Of a stretch of 6,031 bases of DNA, positions 1 through 5,494 are shown one piece after another. Source of the DNA: a virus. The position numbers were made by a program, and so were the translations under genes. The first letter of the stretch is position 1; every line of letters starts with the position of its first letter. The notes under the pieces were generated by a model that did not search any database, was not told the DNA's origin, and saw nothing but the letters and a program-made list of their open reading frames with translations. The DNA lies in IMG/VR virus record IMGVR_UViG_3300020030_000009, positions 1 to 6,031 of that record; one strand, written 5' to 3'.

Positions 1-121
1 AGAAACAGTTTGACTACGAGAATGCTTACAATGATCCTACGAAGGTTTTCGATCGTTATTTGAAAGCTGGTGTAACGCCTGCGGCTGTTTTAGGTTCTTC
101 GGGTGTCGGCGTGAACGCCAC
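1..121. repeat. Terminal direct repeat, copy A; circularisation overlap of a 5910-nt circular genome
   Basis: Base-by-base comparison shows 1..121 (agaaacagtttgactacgag...ggcgtgaacgccac) is identical to 5911..6031. The repeat lies inside one continuous reading frame (VP2), as expected for a circular molecule written with overlap. Confidence 0.97.
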
Positions 122-1145
122 AATGTCAGGCGGTTCTGCCCCCATGCCTTCTGCTGTTGGCCCTGCTGGTGGTTCTCCGGTCGCTCCCGGGGGTTTTGCC
201 GCCGCTGACCCTACTGCTATCGCGCAGAATATGGTTGCGCGATCTACAGCTGACCGCAATGTTGCTGCTGCTAATCGTGATAATGCTGAAGCCCAATCGA
301 TCAATGACCAAAACGTTGGACATCAATTGTATGCCCTTCTGGCTCAAACCCGCGTAGCTCTAGATCAGGCGGCTGCTAAGCATAATCTAGCTGCCGCTGA
401 CGTCCTTAAGGTGCAAGAGAGTCTCGAGAAGAATGCTCTTTTTATCTCCGACACGACTCTTTGGAGCTCTATTGATGAAATAAAGAATCAAGCCGCCTTA
501 ACTGCTGCGGAGGTTCGCCGTTTGAATATAGAGAATGAGAATTTAGGTGCTGTCATGTCGGCGCAAGCTTTTATGATGAACACTCAGGCCGCTCTTAATC
601 AAGTTCTTGGCGACCAAGCCCGTGAGGTTATAGAATCTTTGCGTCTAAACAATCTTGATACTGCTAATGAGCTTGTACGTAATTGGGAAAAACGTTTCGA
701 TATTGAAATTCCGAATCCTCAGTATTCAGAAAATCTTAGGAGTAAAAATCCCATTACCCGATCAAATCCTGGCCCTCGTACTTTTAAAGTTTCAGCGTCC
801 CTTAAGGATTTTTACGATAAGACTATCATAAATGAGGCGAACGCATCCGATTTTCTTCCTGAGCAAGCCCGTATTGCTCTTCGTAATGCGAAGGTTGATC
901 CGTATGTTGAGATTTCCAAAGCCTTGGTTGGTGCGGCCGCCAGCGTCGCCGGCGCAGGCATAATCCGTGGAGGCATGTCTCGTGCAGCTGGCACTATTTC
1001 TGCCGGTGGTTCTTCCAGTAGTTCTGCTGGCTCTTCATTAACAACTCGTTATGATTCGAGAGGAAACGTTGTTGGTTACGCGAAAACGGAGATGAATCGT
1101 AGTGGTCATTCGAGCACGTATGGCAGTACTCGCAAATCTCGTTAG
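1..1145 (+). CDS. VP2: DNA pilot / minor capsid protein (VP2-like), 3' portion; continues from 5688..5910 across the circular junction
   Basis: The frame is open from base 3 (bases 1-2 complete a codon begun at 5910) to TAG 1143..1145. The track's 60..1145 ORF begins at an internal TTG, which is a Leu codon of ...FDRYLKAGVTPAAVLG. That motif resembles the conserved ...KAAGLNPML... segment of gokushovirus VP2 as I remember it. The architecture fits pilot proteins: a Gly/Ala/Pro-rich linker, a long Ala/Gln/Asn/Leu-rich helical region and a Ser/Gly-rich basic tail. It sits downstream of VP1, as in other non-phiX microviruses. Confidence 0.85.
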   Translation, partial: KQFDYENAYNDPTKVFDRYLKAGVTPAAVLGSSGVGVNATMSGGSAPMPSAVGPAGGSPVAPGGFAAADPTAIAQNMVARSTADRNVAAANRDNAEAQSINDQNVGHQLYALLAQTRVALDQAAAKHNLAAADVLKVQESLEKNALFISDTTLWSSIDEIKNQAALTAAEVRRLNIENENLGAVMSAQAFMMNTQAALNQVLGDQAREVIESLRLNNLDTANELVRNWEKRFDIEIPNPQYSENLRSKNPITRSNPGPRTFKVSASLKDFYDKTIINEANASDFLPEQARIALRNAKVDPYVEISKALVGAAASVAGAGIIRGGMSRAAGTISAGGSSSSSAGSSLTTRYDSRGNVVGYAKTEMNRSGHSSTYGSTRKSR

Positions 1146-1159
1146 AATTATTGTTTTTT

Positions 1160-1190
1160 TTTGCATTTTAGATTTTTGTTGTTATATTTG
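1160..1190 (+). promoter_or_regulatory. Bacteroidota-type promoter candidate (-33 TTTG / -7 TAnnTTTG)
   Basis: TTTG at 1160..1163, a 19-nt spacer, then TATATTTG at 1183..1190. This matches the Bacteroides sigma-A consensus as I recall it (TTTG, 19-21 nt, TAnnTTTG). It lies in the T-rich 71-nt gap between the VP2 stop (1145) and ATG 1217. Confidence 0.35.
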
Positions 1191-1216
1191 CGTTGTAAAC
1201 CAATAACCATATCGTT

Positions 1217-1534
1217 ATGAAAAAGACCAAAAGCTCTAATGTTGACAAACTGCTGATCGATGTTGTAGAATATGCGTTTATCGAGTGGCTAGTTCGCCGA
1301 GAGTTGTATACTGCTTTTCGGGCGAATTACGATCGTACTCCTACGACTACGAAGACCTTTCGAGATTTCTTGCGTGGGCACATCCGATATCTTCTCAGGC
1401 ATCCTGTGCTCGGCCCACAGAATCTTATTTCTTCGGCCTTCTTGTTTACGTCGACTCCCGAGGGTTGCAAGTTCTGGTTTAAGCACTCTGAGGCCTGGAT
1501 ACGTTTTTATGCTCGTCTTCAAAAAAAATCTTAA
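1217..1534 (+). CDS. Hypothetical basic protein, 105 aa
   Basis: ATG-initiated ORF on the same strand as the core genes, with T/C-rich third positions. By my count it is strongly basic (about 19 K/R against 9 D/E). The C-terminal segment SSAFLFTSTPEGCKFWFKHSEAW resembles an aF-W--TpEG--fW motif I recall from small phage and Bacteroidota proteins, but I cannot verify that here. Confidence 0.6.
   Translation: MKKTKSSNVDKLLIDVVEYAFIEWLVRRELYTAFRANYDRTPTTTKTFRDFLRGHIRYLLRHPVLGPQNLISSAFLFTSTPEGCKFWFKHSEAWIRFYARLQKKS
1521..1528 (+). other. A8 homopolymer forming a perfect -1 slippery heptamer (A_AAA_AAA) two codons before the ORF stop
   Basis: The zero-frame codons are caa(1520) aaa(1523) aaa(1526) tct(1529) taa(1532). 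The -1 frame has no stop from 1492 through ATG 1546 (atc tta aat tat gtt att atg) and continues as ORF 1546..1869. Confidence 0.3.
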
Positions 1535-1545
1535 ATTATGTTATT

Positions 1546-1869
1546 ATGACGCACGTTCATGTTGTTATTCGCCGTGTTAACCCGGCTCTCAAGGTTGATT
1601 TCGTACAGGTAGGTTACATCAAAGATGGACAGTTCGAGCCGCTCCACCTTGATGCTCTCGCTTGTACTCCTATCTCTGACTATGTAGAGCACTCTTCTAT
1701 TTCTGTTTCGCCTTATATCGATCATAGTAATGTCACCAGTCTCATAGACTCTATGATCGCGTACCCTGATTTTTCGATTGATTTTTTCGATAATACACTT
1801 GTCCTTATGTTCAATGCTGCCTTGAATCACGATGAAAGCACGTCGAAAGAAGAAGGGAAGGGGCACTAA
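1546..1869 (+). CDS. Hypothetical acidic protein, 107 aa
   Basis: ATG-initiated ORF 11 nt after the previous stop. Third positions are dominated by T/C like the core genes, whereas the antisense ORF 1531..1866 has mixed third positions. By my count it is acidic (about 15 D/E against 6 K/R). A hairpin plus T-run follows it. Confidence 0.6.
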   Translation: MTHVHVVIRRVNPALKVDFVQVGYIKDGQFEPLHLDALACTPISDYVEHSSISVSPYIDHSNVTSLIDSMIAYPDFSIDFFDNTLVLMFNAALNHDESTSKEEGKGH

Positions 1870-1913
1870 AGTAGTGACCCGCCCGCTTGGTGGAAGAGTT
1901 CTTTAACTCGTTG

Positions 1914-1948
1914 AGCCCCAGGAGATTTTATTCCCCTGCGGGCTTTTT
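1914..1948 (+). terminator. Intrinsic-terminator-like hairpin with T5 tail
   Basis: AGCCCCAGG (1914..1922) pairs with CCTGCGGGCT (1935..1944), giving 9 bp with a one-nt C bulge. The loop is about 12 nt and is followed directly by a T run (1944..1948). An alternative long-range pairing exists between GCCCGC (1881..1886) and GCGGGC (1938..1943). Confidence 0.45.
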
Positions 1949-1987
1949 ACTATCTCCTTGTTACTAATATGTTCTAACTTCTAGATT

Positions 1988-2188
1988 ATGGATCGATTTG
2001 ATTTCAGACCTAAGTACTGTCCCGTTATTAATAGCGCGCCCCATCGTTATTCTGTTGGCGCATATCACGGGAAAAAGCGAGTTGTTATTGCTTGGTTTAT
2101 CAACGAATCGGCTGCGAATGACTATCTTGTTCGTTGTCACCGTACTAATCCTTATATCAAGTTTGATTGTCTTCAAAGCCTATTCTAA
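1988..2188 (+). CDS. Hypothetical protein, 66 aa, overlapping the VP4 start (TAATG)
   Basis: ATG-initiated ORF whose TAA stop (2186..2188) shares a base with the VP4 ATG (2188..2190). It is co-directional with similar codon bias. It contains scattered Cys and His residues (C11, H19, H27, C50, H51, C61). Confidence 0.5.
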   Translation: MDRFDFRPKYCPVINSAPHRYSVGAYHGKKRVVIAWFINESAANDYLVRCHRTNPYIKFDCLQSLF

Positions 2189-3258
2189 TGCCTTGCTCTT
2201 CTCCCATATGGATACGTAATCGCCGCTATTTCGACAAGAAGAATCCTTGTCGCAATGGCTCTGATGTCGCTAAGTCTGCTTTAGCCCTTCGCCCCTGGGA
2301 TATCGTTCGGCAGTGGCTTATGGTCCCATGTGGCAAGTGCGAGGACTGTTTACGTCGCCAGCGTAACGATTGGTTTGTGCGTTTAGAGCGCGAACTTTCT
2401 TGTTGTAAAGCTAATAATCAGCAGGCTATTTTTGTCACAATTACAATCGCTCCGAAGTACTATAACGAGGCGCTGCTTGATCCTTCTCGATTCATTCGTC
2501 GCTTCAACGAACGCTTGCGGCACAAGCTCGGTCATTCGTTCAAGCACGCTTTCTTCCAAGAATTTGGCACCCACCCTGAAATGGGAAATGAACCTCGCCT
2601 GCATTTTCATGGTTTCTTGTTTGGCACAAACGTTCTTTACAATACTATTCGCGCCGCTGTTCGCGACCTCGGTTTTGTCTGGCTGTCGAAGGCTACTCAC
2701 AAGCGTGCTCGATATTGCGTTAAATACGTCACTAAACAAATTCAATTTAATCCCGAAGAGATTTCGGATAAATATGTTACTGTAGATGGAAAACTTACAT
2801 CTTTATCTTGCCTCCTCCAACATCGCCGTTATACGCGAAAATTCGTATCTGCTGGCGTTGGTGATTTTCTTGGTTACATGCCTCGTCCTTCTGCTCGTGT
2901 TTCGTCGTGGTCTTACTTTGATTCTAAGAAGGGGATCAATTTTAATTACTCGATCCCTCGATACTATCTTAGATATCTTAAATCGGAAGACGAAGTCGTT
3001 CGCTCGATTTCCGCTGCTGATGCTTATGCACGTTTTAGCAAGTCTCCTTTGGTTAAGCGTATCGTGTCTCTGTGCGTTGAGCGGTTCTCTCTCAATTCCT
3101 CCGTATCCCGTAGAGAGACGTATACCTGGGAGCAAAAGCAGATAATGCGCTTTTCTGCGTCTTCTCGAAAGATGCCTGATTTTGACCCTCCTACTTGGCT
3201 AGATTCGGATATTCTTCAGTTTTGGAGAGACCATTATAAACTTCAACTAATTATTTAA
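2188..3258 (+). CDS. VP4: Rolling-circle replication initiator protein (VP4-like, HUH endonuclease), 356 aa from ATG 2188
   Basis: Contains the three HUH superfamily motifs. Motif I is AIFVTITI. Motif II is HFHGFLF (His codons at 2602 and 2608). Motif III is ARYCVKYVTKQ, with Tyr codons at 2713 and 2725. It also has the N-terminal MPCSSPIWI...VPCGKCEDCLRRQRNDWFVRL Cys cluster typical of gokushovirus-type VP4. The track's start at 2167 is a TTG; ATG 2188 gives the typical MxC..P N-terminus and the TAATG junction. Confidence 0.92.
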   Translation: MPCSSPIWIRNRRYFDKKNPCRNGSDVAKSALALRPWDIVRQWLMVPCGKCEDCLRRQRNDWFVRLERELSCCKANNQQAIFVTITIAPKYYNEALLDPSRFIRRFNERLRHKLGHSFKHAFFQEFGTHPEMGNEPRLHFHGFLFGTNVLYNTIRAAVRDLGFVWLSKATHKRARYCVKYVTKQIQFNPEEISDKYVTVDGKLTSLSCLLQHRRYTRKFVSAGVGDFLGYMPRPSARVSSWSYFDSKKGINFNYSIPRYYLRYLKSEDEVVRSISAADAYARFSKSPLVKRIVSLCVERFSLNSSVSRRETYTWEQKQIMRFSASSRKMPDFDPPTWLDSDILQFWRDHYKLQLII

Positions 3259-3261
3259 TTT

Positions 3262-5052
3262 ATGGGAAAACAACCTTTTATCTCACACGCTGTAAACGGC
3301 TATTCTCGCTACGATGTCCCTGAGAGTAAGGCCTTTACGTGCACGCCGGGTATTCTATACCCAGTGCGAGTTGATTTTATTAACGCTCGAGACCGCGTGT
3401 CTATTGAACAGGGCATTGACGTCCGTAGCAATCCTTTAGCTGTTCCGACGTTCAACCCTTATACTATTCGACTTCATCGTTTTTGGGTGCCGCTGCAGTT
3501 GTATCACCCTGAGTTGAGAACGAATAGCAGTAAGTTCGACATGAACAATTTGAGCTTGAATTTTGTTGCTGCCTCGTCGACCGCATCTTACCCGTTCACC
3601 ACTAACAATTACCCTTATTCCAATTCATTGCTCCGCTGGTTGCGTATTGTCCCAGCTTCTATTCCGGCGACGACTTCTAGCAATGTTCCTATGTCGGCCA
3701 ATCTTTCGGCCGCTCAGTTGGCATATCCCTTAGGCTGGTGCACCGCCGATTCTTATCTCGCTTATTGGGATATCGTCCGCAATTACTACGGTTACTCTCA
3801 GTGGGGTCTCTACTCTTTCGCTTGGCCCGGTAGTTGGTATTTTATTCCCAACAGTACTGGTTCTGCATATAATGTTCTTCAGTTCAATGAAGCGAGGTCG
3901 TTTTTCTCGCAAAGGTTCGGAAGTCTCGAATTTTTAGACGCTTATTTTGAGAGTCAATTCTACCCTTCGGCTTTACCGTCGCCGAACAATACATATAATA
4001 GAGGAAATCTTTTTTCTCAGATATTGCTCTCAGACCTTGGCGCTACGATTACCGCTTCTAAGGATGGTTACCCCGTTTCTACTCTTTACCCTGGATCCGC
4101 CTCGTTGACAACTGCAGGTCCTGCGAATCAGTTTGCTACTGGCCCTAGTACTACGACTGTTACTACGCTTGGAGCATTTCTCGTATCTCATCCGATGGCT
4201 GTTATACCTTCGAACCCTGACCGTTATAGTCGTCTGCTTCCCGTCGGCAGCTCCGAAGGTGTTTCCATGTCCGGTGTTTCAACTATACCACAGTTGGCTA
4301 TTGCGTCGCGGCTTCAAGAGTATAAAGATTTGCTTGGTGCTGGGGGTTCCCGCTATAGCGATTGGTTGGAAACCTTTTTTGCGTCGAAGATTGAGCACGT
4401 TGATAGACCTAAGCTGCTTTTTAGTGCTTCGCAGACCGTTAATGTGCAGATTGTTATGAATCAAGCGGGGCAAAATAATTTCTCCGGTCCGAGCGTTAAT
4501 GGTCCTCTTGGTCAGCAAGGAGGTACTATCGCCTTTAATGAGCGCCTTGGTCGTCGCCAATCTTATTATTTTCACGAGCCCGGTTATATGATCGACATGT
4601 TGAGTATTCGGCCTGTCTACTATTGGGCAGGCATTTATCCCGATTATCTTCATTACACCGGCTCTGACTATTTCAATCCGATTTATAACGATATTGGATA
4701 TCAGGATGTTCCTGGTTTTCAATTTGGTTTCGGAACTACTTCGTCTGCGGAAACTGTGGCCTACGAGCCTTGCTTTAACGAGTTTCGAGCTTCTTACGAT
4801 GAAGTTCTCGGTCAGCTGACTCGATTTCAGGGTGCTGCTGACTCCATACCCCTCTATTCCTATTGGGTTCAACAGCGTGTTTTGTCGGCGAGCTACAATC
4901 AGTATTACTCCCTTTTGTTTGTAGATATTGACCAGGTAAACTCGCCGTTCCTCTCCAAGACGGAAGATAATTTCTTTATTAACCTCTCGTATTCTGTTCA
5001 GAAGAAGAATTTGGTTAATAAAACCTTTGCTACTCGTTTGTCTAATCGCTAA
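3262..5052 (+). CDS. VP1: Major capsid protein (VP1 / Microviridae F-family jelly-roll), 596 aa
   Basis: Carries the ordered conserved blocks of microviral F/VP1 proteins: YPVRVDFINARDRV...RLHRFWVPLQL, YLAYWDIVRNYY, PDRYSRLLP, IPQLAIASRLQEYKDLLGAGGSRYSDWLETFFA, DRPKLLFSAS, YYFHEPGYMIDMLSIRP and YFNPIYNDIGYQDVP. It is the largest ORF and starts 3 nt after the VP4 stop. Confidence 0.95.
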   Translation: MGKQPFISHAVNGYSRYDVPESKAFTCTPGILYPVRVDFINARDRVSIEQGIDVRSNPLAVPTFNPYTIRLHRFWVPLQLYHPELRTNSSKFDMNNLSLNFVAASSTASYPFTTNNYPYSNSLLRWLRIVPASIPATTSSNVPMSANLSAAQLAYPLGWCTADSYLAYWDIVRNYYGYSQWGLYSFAWPGSWYFIPNSTGSAYNVLQFNEARSFFSQRFGSLEFLDAYFESQFYPSALPSPNNTYNRGNLFSQILLSDLGATITASKDGYPVSTLYPGSASLTTAGPANQFATGPSTTTVTTLGAFLVSHPMAVIPSNPDRYSRLLPVGSSEGVSMSGVSTIPQLAIASRLQEYKDLLGAGGSRYSDWLETFFASKIEHVDRPKLLFSASQTVNVQIVMNQAGQNNFSGPSVNGPLGQQGGTIAFNERLGRRQSYYFHEPGYMIDMLSIRPVYYWAGIYPDYLHYTGSDYFNPIYNDIGYQDVPGFQFGFGTTSSAETVAYEPCFNEFRASYDEVLGQLTRFQGAADSIPLYSYWVQQRVLSASYNQYYSLLFVDIDQVNSPFLSKTEDNFFINLSYSVQKKNLVNKTFATRLSNR

Positions 5053-5064
5053 TTTATTGATTCT

Positions 5065-5361
5065 ATGGCACTTGATTGGTTACTTGAAGACGCCCCCGCT
5101 TATGTTTCCCGTGGTCGGCGAATTATGTCTGTCCTCGAAGGTTCTGGCACCGTTGATGTTTTGCCTGGTCGTCCAGATGTGGTGGCTGACCCCTCTGACT
5201 TTGATAAGCGTGAAAAGTACAACCCTGAGATTGATTTTGACCCTAACTCCTTCTCTCGCATGGATAAGTTCGACGGTCTCGAGGTTGGACAGGAACTTAT
5301 TGATTCACAGTTAGATATGTCAAAGCCCGCTTCGACACCCTCTAATCCTGAAGAAAAATAG
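5065..5361 (+). CDS. Hypothetical acidic protein, 98 aa; possible internal scaffolding-type protein on composition only
   Basis: ATG-initiated ORF 12 nt after the VP1 stop, on the same strand with the same codon bias. It is rich in Asp, Glu and Pro (PSDFDKREKYNPEIDFDPNSF...). I recognise no motif, so the functional label is a guess. Confidence 0.55.
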   Translation: MALDWLLEDAPAYVSRGRRIMSVLEGSGTVDVLPGRPDVVADPSDFDKREKYNPEIDFDPNSFSRMDKFDGLEVGQELIDSQLDMSKPASTPSNPEEK

Positions 5362-5392
5362 CGTATTCTTTACTTGACGATATATGCTACGT

Positions 5393-5470
5393 GCGCGGAC
5401 CCCTCTGGCAAGAGTTCGTGAATTGCTAGAGGTTATTGGTAACGACTGCTGGAGAGGCCGCGTATTTTTC
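5393..5470 (+). other. GC-rich long-range stem followed by a T-run inside the 133-nt intergenic region
   Basis: CGCGG (5394..5398) pairs with CCGCG (5458..5462), and CCTCT (5402..5406) pairs with AGAGG (5453..5457), with a 3-nt bulge between the two stems. The stem encloses about 46 nt and is followed by TATTTTT (5463..5469). Confidence 0.3.
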
Positions 5471-5494
5471 TATCGTTCTTTAAATTTTGCTACC

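Noticed and set aside
60-1145. The track's 361-aa ORF treated as an independent gene starting at base 60
   Set aside because: Its start is a TTG that is an in-frame Leu codon of a longer gene. The frame is open back to base 3 and, through the terminal repeat, back to ATG 5688. It is the 3' part of VP2.
1111-1162. The T9 run after the VP2 stop, considered as an intrinsic terminator
   Set aside because: The only upstream pairing (CGAG...CTCG around 1111..1132) is 4 bp with mismatches and lies about 20 nt from the T-run. The T-run is better explained as part of the promoter-like T-rich spacer.
1527-1555. A possible XerC/XerD dif-like site (TTATGTTA... and ...ATGACGCAC resemble pieces of the E. 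coli dif arms), which would imply Xer-mediated lysogeny
   Set aside because: When laid out as 11-6-11, the would-be left arm (AATCTTAAATT) does not end in the required CATAA-type inner half-site, and the right arm needs an indel. The resemblance comes from a tandem ATTATG repeat. I do not know the Bacteroidota dif consensus well enough to test against it. No integrase is present.
1285-1580. ORFs 1285..1482 and 1374..1580 overlapping the 105-aa ORF in other frames
   Set aside because: They are shorter, fall in alternative frames of a better-supported ORF, and have no distinctive features. ORF 1374..1580 is simply the frame reached if one A were deleted from the A8 run, and it ends after a few codons.
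1531-1866. A 111-aa minus-strand ORF antisense to 1546..1869, plus the other minus-strand ORFs (56..304, 126..347, 812..994, 1289..1522, 1964..2176, 2383..2745, 2803..3135, 3730..3912, 4279..4872)
   Set aside because: Every recognisable gene is on the + strand, as in all known Microviridae. In 1531..1866, the one I checked codon by codon, third positions lack the T/C bias of the + strand genes, and I found no start context or promoter for it. The rest lie antisense to + strand ORFs, mostly well-supported core genes, and look like antisense shadows of long coding regions.
2167-2187. TTG start at 2167 for VP4 (the 363-aa version)
   Set aside because: ATG 2188 gives the typical MPC..P N-terminus and the TAATG junction with the upstream ORF. 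The seven extra residues come from a non-ATG start inside that upstream ORF.
4133-4459. Hydrophobic + strand ORFs in alternative frames (157..357, 1998..2219, 2432..2785, 4133..4459, 5027..5314, 5487..5675), considered as embedded membrane or lysis genes
   Set aside because: The five I checked (all but 1998..2219) are in the +1 frame of a real gene. T-rich third positions become second positions there, which forces Leu/Phe/Val-rich translations. This is a compositional artefact unless conservation shows otherwise. Only 2786..3145 is kept, as a low-interest finding.
5374-5379. A sigma-70-like -35 hexamer, TTGACG
   Set aside because: There is no -10-like hexamer at 16-18 nt spacing; positions 5397..5402 read ggaccc. 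The adjacent tatat is only 1-2 nt away.
5361-5469. Near-identical decamers gcgtattctt and gcgtattttt flanking the structured element, considered as a target-site duplication of a miniature insertion
   Set aside because: A 9/10 match over this distance is only marginally unexpected. The enclosed 89 nt has no terminal inverted repeats. It is mentioned within the intergenic-region finding only.
5481-5489. TAAATTTTG as a Bacteroides -7 box upstream of the lipoprotein gene
   Set aside because: It has one T too many to fit TAnnTTTG, and it ends only 5 nt before ATG 5495, which leaves essentially no leader.
5384-5494. An upstream ATG at 5384 extending the lipoprotein ORF to 100 aa
   Set aside because: The extension would place 37 residues ahead of an otherwise canonical N-terminal signal peptide. 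Its codons are unlike the rest of the genome (cta, cgg, aga, ttg), and it coincides with the GC-rich stem. It cannot be excluded without expression data.
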